Assembly: GCA_027451365.1 (NCBI GenBank)
Contig: DAIDJN010000063.1
Location: 1 to 64,000 of the forward strand
Reading direction: 5' to 3'
Source of the DNA: Phycisphaerales bacterium
Lineage (GTDB): Bacteria > Planctomycetota > Phycisphaerae > WQYP01
DNA: 64,000 nucleotides
Within the stretch, counting starts at the first letter, position 1. The number at the start of each line of letters is the position of its first letter. The notes under the pieces were generated by a model. The model searched no databases. It was not told where the DNA came from and was given only the letters and a program-made list of their open reading frames with translations. A program made the translations under genes and the position numbers. Below, piece by piece: positions 29,212 to 39,290 of this stretch.

Positions 29212-30540
29212 ATGCGCATAGGATTTGTCCGTTTAATTGATGCCGCACCACTGATCATTGCACGGGAGAAGGGCTTTTTCGCCGATGCGGGCGTAGGCGT
29301 GACGCTGCACCGGGAGATCGGATGGATCAACATTCGCGACAAGTTGACCTATGGGTTATTGGACGCCAGCCATGCGCTTCTGGGCATGGCTGTGATGAGC
29401 CAATTGGGCCGTGGCGATTTTGTGGAACCGCTGGTGGGAGTCATGGAACTGGGAGCGGGCGGCAATACGCTCGCGGTATCGCGGCATCTGGCGGAAATGG
29501 GAATCACCTCAAGTGCGGCGCTGGGAAATCTGGTGCGAACCGGCCTCTTCGGGCGGAAAATTGTCTGCGCGCATGTGTCCAGCTTTTCCATGCATCATTA
29601 TCTGTTGCGCGACTGGCTGGCGGAAGGCGGCATGAACCCTGACCGCGATGTGCAACTTTGCCAACTGACACCCATGCAGGTGGCCGAACACCTGGATCGG
29701 GGATATATCGATTTGTTCTGCGTTGGCGAACCGTGGGGAACGCTGGCACAGGAGCAAAAATGGGGAGCGGTTATCGCCACATCCACCGATATTTTACCGG
29801 CGCATCCTGAAAAAATTTTGGCGGTACGGCAGCATTTTCTGCGGGACCATGCGGATGAAGTTGGCCGGGCGGTGGGTGCCATTCTGCAGGCCTGCCGGTT
29901 CTGCCAGAATACGGGAAACATTTCCGAAATTGCGGCCATTCTGGCCCGACCGGAATATTTAAATGAAAGCGCCCAGCTTCTGGAACGCTGCCTGCATGCC
30001 GATTCGGCCGGCACCGGAAGTCTTTCGGCGCAGCGCGCGCGCCCCAAGGACTGGTTCTTGCGAAACTGGGGTGATGCGTACACATTTCCTTCCTGCACGC
30101 ATGTGGTCTGGATGCTGCGGCAAATGATGCGATGGGGCGAATTGGCGGCCGACGCACCGGTGCGGGAGCTGGCTGAAAGATCCTTGCGATCCGACTTCTA
30201 TCGCCCGCAGGCGGCGAAACTTGGCATTGCAATACCGCTTACCGATTTTCCGGATATGCCGCTGCGGCGCGGCCTGCTGACCATGAAGGACGAAGCCTGT
30301 GGCTCGCCTGAAAACAATCCCAAGGGCGGTGCGCCGGTCGCGCAATCAGGGGCGGTGATGAAAAAACCTGCCGCCCAGCGCCACCCAAGACGACTGCGCG
30401 AAGATTCCGCACCAGGTTCCGCCGGAATGCGAAAAGCGGCCACGGCGGCAATTGCGGGAACCGTGGCTGTCAGGGCTGTTTTTAAGCCAACGGCGGTGGA
30501 CGGATTCAGCCGGTCCGCCGCAGCGGCAATACGATCGTGA
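29212..30540 (+). CDS. CmpA/NrtA family nitrate-binding protein lacking a signal peptide (NasS-like sensor)
   Basis: Begins directly MRIGFVRLIDAAPLIIAREKGFF; W..IRDKL..G.LDA.H.L, FCVGEPWG, HPEK; low-complexity C-terminal tail. Confidence 0.82.
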   Translation: MRIGFVRLIDAAPLIIAREKGFFADAGVGVTLHREIGWINIRDKLTYGLLDASHALLGMAVMSQLGRGDFVEPLVGVMELGAGGNTLAVSRHLAEMGITSSAALGNLVRTGLFGRKIVCAHVSSFSMHHYLLRDWLAEGGMNPDRDVQLCQLTPMQVAEHLDRGYIDLFCVGEPWGTLAQEQKWGAVIATSTDILPAHPEKILAVRQHFLRDHADEVGRAVGAILQACRFCQNTGNISEIAAILARPEYLNESAQLLERCLHADSAGTGSLSAQRARPKDWFLRNWGDAYTFPSCTHVVWMLRQMMRWGELAADAPVRELAERSLRSDFYRPQAAKLGIAIPLTDFPDMPLRRGLLTMKDEACGSPENNPKGGAPVAQSGAVMKKPAAQRHPRRLREDSAPGSAGMRKAATAAIAGTVAVRAVFKPTAVDGFSRSAAAAIRS

Positions 30541-30593
30541 TTTTTCGGTCCGTCCGTTGAAGGTGACCAGACGAATTTTTCGGGAGTTTGACA

Positions 30594-33044
30594 ATGATTC
30601 GCAACAACACCCAGCGGCTGGTGATAATAGGCAACGGCATGGCCGGGGCGCGCGTGGCGGAGGAAATTCTCAATAGAGACCCGACTCGGTTTTCCATCAC
30701 GATGGTGGGTGTGGAACCGGGGGGCAACTACAATCGCATTCTGCTGTCCAACGTGCTCAATGGCAGCCAGTCGCCTGAACAAATCACACTCAATCCGCTT
30801 GACTGGTACGAACGCAACGGGATTGAACTGATCACATCGCAGGCGGCGATCGGACTGGACCGCGCCAGGCGCCGCATCATGCTGATAAGCGGGCGCACAC
30901 TGGACTATGACAAAGTGATCATTGCGACGGGCAGCCGACCGTTTGTGCCCCCGGTGCCGGGGGTGGAATTGCATGGGGTGTTCGTATTCCGCACACTGGA
31001 AGATTGCCGGGCGATAGAGAAATGGGCGAAAAAATCGCGCGGAGCCGTGGTAATCGGTGGCGGCCTGCTGGGACTCGAAGCGGCGCGCGGACTGCTGACG
31101 CATGGGCCGAAAGTCGATGTCGTGGAAATTGCCAGCCATCTGATGGCGGTACAGCTTGACGCGGCCGCCGGCGCCATTCTGGGGCGCACGATCGGGGCGA
31201 TGGGTGTGACCGTTCATTGCGGGCAAACCGTTGCCGCGCTGCACGGCAACGCGCAAAGCGCCGTGTGCGCGGTTGAATTTAAAGGGGGCGGAAGGATCGC
31301 ATGTGACATGGTGGTCATTTCCGCCGGCATACGTGCGAACAAGGAAATCGGGGCCGATGCGGGCCTGCAGACCGAGCGCGGCATTCTGGTAAATGACCAG
31401 ATGCAGACATCAGACCCGGACATTTACGGCGTGGGTGAATGCTGCCAGCACAACGGGCAGGTGTATGGGCTGGTCGCGCCGATCTGGGAACAGTGCCAGG
31501 TACTGGCGGACCACATTACCGGACGGAATCCGACCGCGCGTTATCGCGGGTCGGTCACCGGCACCAAGCTGAAAGTAATGGGCGTGAATGTGGCAGGAAT
31601 GGGAGAACGCGACGGACTGCCGAGCGACGACATTGTCCGTTATGAAGAACCGGCCAGCGGCCAATATAAAAAATTGGTCGTGCGCGATGGCAAACTCGTG
31701 GGCGCGACGCTTCTTGGAGATACCGACAGCTTTTCCGATCTGCTGGCGCTTGTGCAGTCCGGTGCCCCGCTGCCCACGCGGCGCGCCGACCTTTTGTTCG
31801 GAACCGCGGCGGCGACGACGGGCGGATATTCGATTGCGGATTTGCCGGATGATAAACAGATATGCGACTGCAACGGTATATCCAAAGGGCAGATATGCAA
31901 GGCCATTAAGGCGGGCAAAACCACAATTCCCGCGGTGGGCAAGGCCACGCGCGCGGGCACGGGCTGCGGAAGTTGCAAAAAAATGATCCGAGAACTGATC
32001 GAGGAGATTGCCGGACAGATAAAGGCCGACCCGAGCGAATCCTGGTATGTGTCGGCAATACCTATGGATAAGCCAACTCTGCGCGCCGCAATTCTGGAAC
32101 GGGGACTTAAAAGCGTCTCATCGGTGATGGCACAGCTGGCCACAAAGGATGATGACAAATCCCGCATGGGACTTGCGATTCTGCTGCGGTCGATATGGCA
32201 TAAGGAATATGTGGATGAACGGGACTGCCGCTATGTGAATGACCGTGTCCACGGGAACATACAGAAGGACGGAACCTTTTCGGTTATTCCGCGCATCTAC
32301 GGCGGCGTGACGACTGCGGATGAGTTGGTGAAAATAGGGCTGGTGGCGAAAAAATATAACGTGCCGACCGTGAAGCTTACCGGTGGCCAGCGGATTGACC
32401 TGCTGGGGGTGAAAAAAGAACTTCTGCCGGATATTTGGCGTGACCTGGGCATGGTCAGCGGATATGCGTACACCAAGGCGTTTCGCACCTGCAAAACATG
32501 CGTCGGTTCCGAATGGTGCCGCTTCGGCACCAACGATTCAACGGCCCTGGGGATCGCCATTGAAAAGCGATTTGCGGGACTGGAAACGCCTGCCAAAGTG
32601 AAAATGGGCGTTTCCGGATGTCCGCGCAATTGTGCCGAAGCGACGGTGAAAGATGTGGGAATAATCGCGACGGAAGGCGGCGAATGGGAAATACTTGTGG
32701 GGGGCGCCGCCGGGGTTGGCGTGCGTAAAGCGGATTCACTTTGCCGCGTGAAATCGCAGCAGGACGCAATTCGCGTAACCGAACGCTTCCTGCAATATTA
32801 CCAGGAACATGGCCGCTATCTGGAAAGAACGTACGATTTTGTCCCGCGTATCGGGATTGAAAAGTTGCGGAGCATTCTGGTTGAAGACAGCGAAGGCCTT
32901 TGCGCCGATCTGGACGAACGCGCTGCGGCCAGTATTCAGGCCGCACTGGACCCCTGGGAAGATGACAGCCGCAGTCCGAAATATGCCGGGCAGTTTTCTC
33001 CGGTACGCCAGGTGGCACTGCCGGTTCTTACGCCGGCCGGCTAG
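30594..33044 (+). CDS. nirB: Assimilatory NAD(P)H nitrite reductase large subunit
   Basis: IGNGMAG, YNRILLS, GGGLLGLE, ICDCN..GTGCGSC, siroheme/4Fe-4S motifs KTCVGSEWC and SGCPRNC. Confidence 0.93.
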   Translation: MIRNNTQRLVIIGNGMAGARVAEEILNRDPTRFSITMVGVEPGGNYNRILLSNVLNGSQSPEQITLNPLDWYERNGIELITSQAAIGLDRARRRIMLISGRTLDYDKVIIATGSRPFVPPVPGVELHGVFVFRTLEDCRAIEKWAKKSRGAVVIGGGLLGLEAARGLLTHGPKVDVVEIASHLMAVQLDAAAGAILGRTIGAMGVTVHCGQTVAALHGNAQSAVCAVEFKGGGRIACDMVVISAGIRANKEIGADAGLQTERGILVNDQMQTSDPDIYGVGECCQHNGQVYGLVAPIWEQCQVLADHITGRNPTARYRGSVTGTKLKVMGVNVAGMGERDGLPSDDIVRYEEPASGQYKKLVVRDGKLVGATLLGDTDSFSDLLALVQSGAPLPTRRADLLFGTAAATTGGYSIADLPDDKQICDCNGISKGQICKAIKAGKTTIPAVGKATRAGTGCGSCKKMIRELIEEIAGQIKADPSESWYVSAIPMDKPTLRAAILERGLKSVSSVMAQLATKDDDKSRMGLAILLRSIWHKEYVDERDCRYVNDRVHGNIQKDGTFSVIPRIYGGVTTADELVKIGLVAKKYNVPTVKLTGGQRIDLLGVKKELLPDIWRDLGMVSGYAYTKAFRTCKTCVGSEWCRFGTNDSTALGIAIEKRFAGLETPAKVKMGVSGCPRNCAEATVKDVGIIATEGGEWEILVGGAAGVGVRKADSLCRVKSQQDAIRVTERFLQYYQEHGRYLERTYDFVPRIGIEKLRSILVEDSEGLCADLDERAAASIQAALDPWEDDSRSPKYAGQFSPVRQVALPVLTPAG

Positions 33045-33109
33045 AACGGCGGCATGGCTTGCGTGTCTTTATTCACATGCAGATACTTACATCATTCTAA
33101 GGACAGGTT

Positions 33110-33511
33110 ATGCCCGACATAATGGAAATAACAGAATCAGCCGACGGTCTGGAAAGTCCGGCGGAATCGATCACGGCGGCGGGCACCCAGCCGAACACGA
33201 TGGCTGTGGCCATCTGCCCGGTCACGGATTTACCTCTCGGATTGGGCCGCGCATTCCAAATCGGATCGCGAACGCTGGCGCTGTTTCTGACACGATCGGG
33301 CGGCGTGTTCGCCATGGACAACCGCTGCCCGCACAAAGGCGGCCCGCTGGCGGACGGGATGATATCCGACGGTGCGGTGGTCTGTCCGCTGCATGCCTTC
33401 CGGTTCAACCTGACCAGCGGCACCTGTGACCAGGAAGGGCAATGCCCGGTGAGGGCCTATTCGGCACATGTGGAAAAGGGCATGGTTATTGTTGATTTGC
33501 CGGTGGAGTGA
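33110..33511 (+). CDS. nirD: Nitrite reductase small subunit (Rieske)
   Basis: NRCPHKGGPLADG..VVCPLH Rieske motifs; follows nirB. Confidence 0.88.
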   Translation: MPDIMEITESADGLESPAESITAAGTQPNTMAVAICPVTDLPLGLGRAFQIGSRTLALFLTRSGGVFAMDNRCPHKGGPLADGMISDGAVVCPLHAFRFNLTSGTCDQEGQCPVRAYSAHVEKGMVIVDLPVE

Positions 33512-33517
33512 CAGACG

Positions 33518-36500
33518 GTGATTCAGCCGGCACCAGAATTCGACCACCCGCGGGCGCGACGTGGCGGAATACATAAAACCACCTGCTGCTATTGCGGCGT
33601 GGGGTGCGGCATTGAAATTCAGCGCGACCGCAGTGGCGAGCTTTCGCTGCGGGGCGATGCAAGCCATCCGGCGAACCATGGCATGCTGTGCGGCAAAGGT
33701 AAAACACTGCTGCATGTGGCGGCGAGCCGGGCGAATCGCCTGACGAATCCCTTGATGCGCGCGGATCGCCGCAGCGCCACAGGCGGTCCCGCCACACCAG
33801 TGACCTGGGACCATGCGATAGGGCATATTGCCGGTGAATTCAAGCGGATTATTGGGACCCACGGGCCGGACGCGGTGGGATTTTACGGCTCGGGCCAATG
33901 CCTGACCGAAGAATATTACCTGATCAACAAAATTGCCAAAGGATTTCTGGGAACCAATAATTTTGACACCAATTCACGCCTCTGCATGTCTGCGGCGGTA
34001 ACCGGCTACAAACTGACGCTTGGAGCCGATGGGCCGCCAACGACCTACGCGGATATAGAGTTGGCCGACACATTTCTGGTGGCCGGCGCGAATCCTGCCT
34101 GGTGCCACCCGGTGCTTTTCCGTCGGATGGAAGCCCGCAAACAGTCGGATGCGAATGTAAAAGTAATTGTGGTCGACCCGCGGCGCACGGGCAGTTGCTC
34201 AATTGCGGACCTGCATCTGCAAATTATACCTGGCACGGATGTGGCGCTTTATAACGCACTGGCTCGCGAATTGTGGAAAACGGGGCAACTGGACTGGAAT
34301 TTTATAGAAAATCACACCACGGGCTGGCCGCAGATGGCCGCGGCCATAGAACCATATACCGCGGAAGCGGCGGCGCAGATCTGCGGAATTTCAGCAGCCG
34401 AAATACGAAAAGCGGCGGAATGGCTGGGCGGCAATCGACGCTTTTTAAGCCTGTGGACAATGGGACTAAACCAGTCTTCCCGGGGCGTGGATAAAAATAT
34501 TGCACTCATTGCGCTGTCCCTGATTACCGGGAAAATTTCCCGGCCCGGGTCAGGCCCGATGAGTCTGACCGGCCAGCCCAACGCCATGGGCGGCCGCGAA
34601 GTTGGCGGCATGGCGACACTTCTGCCCGCACATCGGGACATGGCCAATCCGCAACATCGGCAGGCGGTGGCCGATTACTGGAAAGTTAAGTCCCTACCCG
34701 CCAAAGCGGGCTTAGCAGCAGTGGAAATGTTTCAGGCGCTGGCCGAAGGCAAAATGAAAGCGATCTGGATTGTGGCCACCAATCCGCTGGTTTCGCTGCC
34801 GAATTCCTGGCAGGTGCAGGCCGCGCTGGAAAAGGCGGAACTGGTGGTGGTACAGGATATTTATGCCGGAGAAACCAGCGAGCTTGCGGATGTGATTCTG
34901 CCCGCGGCGACTTGGCTGGAAAAAACAGGCACCATGACCAATGCGGAACGGCGGATAAGCCTGCTGGAAAAAGTCATTGATCCACCCGGATTGGCGCTGC
35001 CGGACGTGGAAATTCTGCTCCGTTTCGCCGATGCCATGGGTTGGGGCGAACATTTCCAACAGCGAACGCCGGCGGAAATTTTTGATCAGCATGTCGGCCT
35101 GACTGCGGGTACCGATGTGGACATGACTGGATTGTCCCATAGTCTGCTGCAATCGCGCGGACCTGCGCAATGGCCGTTTCCGGCCGGCTCGGCCAAGGAT
35201 CCGGCGATGGACAGCCGTCTTTATGAAGATCACCAGTTCGCCACACCGGATGGACGCGCGCGATTGCATCCAATAGTCTACGCCCCGCCGGCGGAAACGC
35301 CGGATGTGGATTTCCCGCTGATAGTCACGACCGGGCGTGTGCGCGATCAGTGGCACACAATGACCAAAACGGGCCAAGTGGCGAAATTGCGACAACACAC
35401 GCCGTCGCCGGCCTGCGACATTCACCCGGATGACGCGACCCCGCGCGGCATTGGGGATGGGGACATGATCCGGCTGGTCAATCGGCGGGGCGAAATTTGT
35501 GTACCGGCGCGTCTGACCAGAGACATTCGCGCTGGAACGGTTTTTGTACCCATGCACTGGGGCCGTCGGGAAAACGAAGCCGCCGGACGCGTAAACAACC
35601 TCACCAGCCCAGCGCTGGATGTGCTATCCAGCCAGCCAGAACTGAAATTTGCCACCGTCAATGCCATCCGTTACACGCCGCCGCGGCGGAAAATTATTCT
35701 GGTCGGCGCCGGCGCGGCGGCCATGGCGTTTATCCGCGCCCATCGGGCTTTTAATACGGAAGACCGCATACTGCTTTTCAGTGCGGAAAAAGAGCTGGTT
35801 TATAACCGCGTGATGCTTCCGATGTACATTAACGAATCCCGTGGCTGGCCGGAATTGCTGGTGGCGACAGCCGATGAACTTTCGGCATTGGGGGTGGAAT
35901 TCCACCCGCAAATGGCAATCAGCCGCCTGGCCTTGGGAGAGAAAAAAATAATGACCGCCGCGGCGGCGGAACATGATTACGATGTGCTGATCCTGGCGAC
36001 TGGTTCGCGCCCGCTTATCACGTGGCAAGGCCCCCTGCCGCAAACGGGGGTATATACCCTTCGTACCCGCGGCGATGCGGATCGGATATCCACCGATGCG
36101 CGGACCACACGGGAAGTTGCGATTATCGGCGGCGGACTGCTGGGAATAGAACTGGCCGCGGCACTTAACGACCGCGGCCTGAACGTGACGCTGGTGCACA
36201 GATCGTCGCGGTTAATGAGCCGACAGCTTGATTCGGTCGCCGCCGATCTGTTGAAACGCGAACTTATGGCGCGCGGCATAAGGGTCATATTGCGGTCCGA
36301 GTTGGCGGGTATTCAGGGGTTGCTGCGGCCGGAACATGTTCGGTTAAGCACCGGCGAAACACTGGCCGCGGGAATGGTGATATTTGCAACGGGGGTCGAA
36401 CCGCGGGCCGACCTTGGTTGCGCCGCGGGCCTGAAAACCGCCCAGGGAATATGCGTGGATGAATTCCTGCGGACCAGCCATCCGGATGTTTTCGCCATGG

Positions 36501-37129
36501 GAGAATGCGCTCAGCTGCAGGGCCACCTTTTCGGCACGACGGCCGCGGCCCAGGCGCACGCGCGGGCGCTGGCCGAATACCTGCGCGGCAATGTGCATGC
36601 GCCATTCCGGCATGTTCCCGCGGGCAATGTGTTAAAAATCTCGGATTTTCAACTGGCCAGCGCCGGCGAAACCGACCCCGCGGATTCCGCGGAAACCCAG
36701 GTGATCAGTCTGACGGATATGGCGCGCGGCTATTACCAGAAATGTGTGATTCGGCAGGATCGGCTGGTGGGAATGGTCATGGTGGGTGATACAAGCCGCT
36801 ATCCGGAATGGCTGAAACTATTGCAGGAGGGCACGGAACTCGAATCTCTGCGCGGCGGGCTTCTGCGGCCCGGTGCCACACCGCCCGTGTCCGTGGAAGG
36901 CAAACTGGTATGCAGTTGCCATCAGATTGGTGAGCAAACAATCCGCCGGTGCGCCAGCCAGCCGGCCGCAACTCTGGCCGGCGTGGTGCGGGCAACGCAA
37001 GCCGGCAGCGCCTGCGGAAGCTGTCGACCGGAAATTTCCGCGATTCTGGCCCAATGTGCGGAAAGACCGCCGGAATCAGCACCTCCGGCAACGGCATTCC
37101 GGTCAGTGGCGTTGGGCGTGGCAGGTTAG
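33518..37129 (+). CDS. nasA: Assimilatory nitrate reductase catalytic subunit fused to FAD/NAD(P)H oxidoreductase and BFD-like [2Fe-2S] domain
   Basis: TCCYCGVGC..LCGKG, DTNSRLCMS, GQPNAMGGRE, TTGRVRDQWHTMT; then GAGAAA/YNRV/GGGLLGIE diaphorase; ends VCSCH..AGSACGSC. Confidence 0.88.
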   Translation: MIQPAPEFDHPRARRGGIHKTTCCYCGVGCGIEIQRDRSGELSLRGDASHPANHGMLCGKGKTLLHVAASRANRLTNPLMRADRRSATGGPATPVTWDHAIGHIAGEFKRIIGTHGPDAVGFYGSGQCLTEEYYLINKIAKGFLGTNNFDTNSRLCMSAAVTGYKLTLGADGPPTTYADIELADTFLVAGANPAWCHPVLFRRMEARKQSDANVKVIVVDPRRTGSCSIADLHLQIIPGTDVALYNALARELWKTGQLDWNFIENHTTGWPQMAAAIEPYTAEAAAQICGISAAEIRKAAEWLGGNRRFLSLWTMGLNQSSRGVDKNIALIALSLITGKISRPGSGPMSLTGQPNAMGGREVGGMATLLPAHRDMANPQHRQAVADYWKVKSLPAKAGLAAVEMFQALAEGKMKAIWIVATNPLVSLPNSWQVQAALEKAELVVVQDIYAGETSELADVILPAATWLEKTGTMTNAERRISLLEKVIDPPGLALPDVEILLRFADAMGWGEHFQQRTPAEIFDQHVGLTAGTDVDMTGLSHSLLQSRGPAQWPFPAGSAKDPAMDSRLYEDHQFATPDGRARLHPIVYAPPAETPDVDFPLIVTTGRVRDQWHTMTKTGQVAKLRQHTPSPACDIHPDDATPRGIGDGDMIRLVNRRGEICVPARLTRDIRAGTVFVPMHWGRRENEAAGRVNNLTSPALDVLSSQPELKFATVNAIRYTPPRRKIILVGAGAAAMAFIRAHRAFNTEDRILLFSAEKELVYNRVMLPMYINESRGWPELLVATADELSALGVEFHPQMAISRLALGEKKIMTAAAAEHDYDVLILATGSRPLITWQGPLPQTGVYTLRTRGDADRISTDARTTREVAIIGGGLLGIELAAALNDRGLNVTLVHRSSRLMSRQLDSVAADLLKRELMARGIRVILRSELAGIQGLLRPEHVRLSTGETLAAGMVIFATGVEPRADLGCAAGLKTAQGICVDEFLRTSHPDVFAMGECAQLQGHLFGTTAAAQAHARALAEYLRGNVHAPFRHVPAGNVLKISDFQLASAGETDPADSAETQVISLTDMARGYYQKCVIRQDRLVGMVMVGDTSRYPEWLKLLQEGTELESLRGGLLRPGATPPVSVEGKLVCSCHQIGEQTIRRCASQPAATLAGVVRATQAGSACGSCRPEISAILAQCAERPPESAPPATAFRSVALGVAG

Positions 37130-37220
37130 CGGCATGGCCGGGGCCAGACGCGCCAACCGGTCGCCGCGGGAGTTGTGCAACTTGCGAACAATCAGCGTAC
37201 GACGGCAGCGCGGACCGGGC

Positions 37221-38255
37221 ATGAATTTGATACAATTTTATCCATCAGTAGGCCCGCAGGGCAAAGGAGTCCGTTTGCCGCATGAGATGACCAATCGGAG
37301 GATTCGGTACCTGCGCCTGTCTTTGACACAGGCTTGCCAGATGCGGTGCGTCTATTGCCGACCCGATTTTCACACCAATGCCAATGCGTACGACCTTAAG
37401 CCCGTTGAACTCGAACAGTTGGTGAAGCATCTGGTGGACCGCCATGGTGTGCAAAAAGTCCGCCTGACCGGCGGTGACCCGACCGCAAGACCTGAATTAC
37501 TGGAAATTATGTCGCGCATTAGCCGCCTGCGAACGCCGGAAAATCAGCGGTTGGAACTGGGCATGACAACCAATGGGCTGTCGCTGGTCAGCCACGCGCG
37601 CCACTATGCCGCGGCCGGCCTGCAGAGGGTGAATGTGAGTCTGGATTCGCTGGATGGCGACACGTTTCATCAAGTCACGGGGGTTGATGCGCTGCCGCGG
37701 GTGCTGGCGGGAATTGAAGCAGCAGTCGCCGCCGGATTAACGCCGCTGAAAATAAATTGTGTGGTGTTGCGCGGCTTGAACGACGGCCAATTGCCGGAAC
37801 TTCTGCAATTTGCTGCCACACGCGGGCTGGAATTACGCCTGATAGAAATGATGCCGATGGGGCCGCTGAAATTACGGTGGCAAAGCCTGTACATGCCGGA
37901 GGCGGAAATACGAAAAATTCTGGAACCGGAAGTGGACTGCTGGCGGCCGCTGGTGCAGGGGGCGGATAGTGCGCGGAATTACCGGGTTATCACACGCCAG
38001 GGCCAGGCGGTAACGCTGGGCTTTATTACGCCGATGAGCTGCAATTTTTGTGCCCATTGCGACCGGCTGCGCATCACCGCCGACGGGCGGGTTTTCCCAT
38101 GCCTGATGGACGAACCACGCGGGTCACTTCTTTCGGCGCTGCGGCCAACCTTTAACGCGACGGAATTCGATCAGATTCTGACCCGGGCCTATGAACGCAA
38201 GATGCCGGAGCATCCGGCGTGGGGCCATACCATGATGACCCAGTTGGGAGGTTGA
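37221..38255 (+). CDS. moaA: GTP 3',8-cyclase
   Basis: YLRLSLT.ACQMRCVYC radical SAM motif, FCAHCDRLR...PCL, C-terminal QLGG; start uncertain. Confidence 0.92.
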   Translation: MNLIQFYPSVGPQGKGVRLPHEMTNRRIRYLRLSLTQACQMRCVYCRPDFHTNANAYDLKPVELEQLVKHLVDRHGVQKVRLTGGDPTARPELLEIMSRISRLRTPENQRLELGMTTNGLSLVSHARHYAAAGLQRVNVSLDSLDGDTFHQVTGVDALPRVLAGIEAAVAAGLTPLKINCVVLRGLNDGQLPELLQFAATRGLELRLIEMMPMGPLKLRWQSLYMPEAEIRKILEPEVDCWRPLVQGADSARNYRVITRQGQAVTLGFITPMSCNFCAHCDRLRITADGRVFPCLMDEPRGSLLSALRPTFNATEFDQILTRAYERKMPEHPAWGHTMMTQLGG

Positions 38256-38623
38256 TGATGATCCCGAAATCTGAAAAGTCCGGGCCGACACCGCCGGAAA
38301 ATGTTCCGGCGACTTTCAAGGCGTTTTTACGCAAATTTCCCGCGTTGGGGAATGCCCATGAAAATATTGCCCGCGCGGTGGATGCAGCCGGACCTGTGGA
38401 TCCCAAAACGCGTGAATTAATTAAAATGGGTATCTGCATGGGCGCGGGGTTGGAATCGGCGTTCCGTTCGCATGTGCGCCGCGCCGCCGCCCATGGCGCA
38501 ACAGAAGCGGAAATTGAACAGACTGTTTTAATGGCCATGAACACGGTCGGTTTTCCGCGCACCGTCGCGGCGTGGCAATGGGCATTGCAGCAACTGCAGC
38601 GCGACAGCGCGGAGGGCGGATGA
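38255..38623 (+). CDS. Carboxymuconolactone decarboxylase (CMD) family protein
   Basis: GPVDPKTRELIK, SHVRRAAAHGATEAEI, GFP; no CxxC. Confidence 0.8.
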   Translation: MMIPKSEKSGPTPPENVPATFKAFLRKFPALGNAHENIARAVDAAGPVDPKTRELIKMGICMGAGLESAFRSHVRRAAAHGATEAEIEQTVLMAMNTVGFPRTVAAWQWALQQLQRDSAEGG

Positions 38624-38877
38624 AAGCGCGCCGCCTGACGATCAGACTTTTTGGCCCGCAGGCCAAAGCCATCGGCGCGCCGCTGGTCTGCGTGCATGTG
38701 GCCGCTGATACGGTTTCTTGTGGCGCACTGCGCCAGGCCCTGGCGGACCAGCATCCGGCACTGGCCCAAAGCGTTGCCATAAGCCGCTTGGCGGTGAATT
38801 GCGCTTTTGTGCCGGATGATGCCGTGGTTTGCGGTTCAGAGGAAATTGCGCTGATTGGCCAGGTGAGCGGCGGATGA
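38620..38877 (+). CDS. moaD: Molybdopterin synthase sulfur carrier
   Basis: LAVN..EEIALIGQVSGG C-terminal diglycine. Confidence 0.88.
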   Translation: MKARRLTIRLFGPQAKAIGAPLVCVHVAADTVSCGALRQALADQHPALAQSVAISRLAVNCAFVPDDAVVCGSEEIALIGQVSGG

Positions 38878-39290
38878 TTGATTCAATGCTATTTCATGTG
38901 CAGGTAGTGGACGGGCCGATACCGGAAAGCGCGCCGCGGCCGCCGGCGGGCACCGGCGCGATGCTGGAATTCCGTGGTGTGGTCCGGCCCCAGGAGGACG
39001 GTCGAAAGATAACCGGATTGAATTACCAGACATATGATCCGATGGCGCAAAAGCAACTCGAACGGCTGGCCGAGGAAACCGCGAAGCGGTTTGCCCTTAC
39101 AAGCATACATGTGGTGCATAGCCGCGGATTTGTGGGAGCCGGATTCTGTTCCCTGTGGATTGCGCTGGCGGCGGTGCGCCGCAAAGCCTGCCTTGGCGCG
39201 ATGGACTGGCTGATAGACCAGATCAAGGCCGACGTGCCAATATGGAAATCAGCGGTATTTGCGGACGAATCGCAGGCGGGCCAACCATGA
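38874..39290 (+). CDS. moaE: Molybdopterin synthase catalytic subunit
   Basis: GA..EF.GVVR, Y.PMA, H..G, IKADVPIWK. Confidence 0.9.
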   Translation: MIDSMLFHVQVVDGPIPESAPRPPAGTGAMLEFRGVVRPQEDGRKITGLNYQTYDPMAQKQLERLAEETAKRFALTSIHVVHSRGFVGAGFCSLWIALAAVRRKACLGAMDWLIDQIKADVPIWKSAVFADESQAGQP

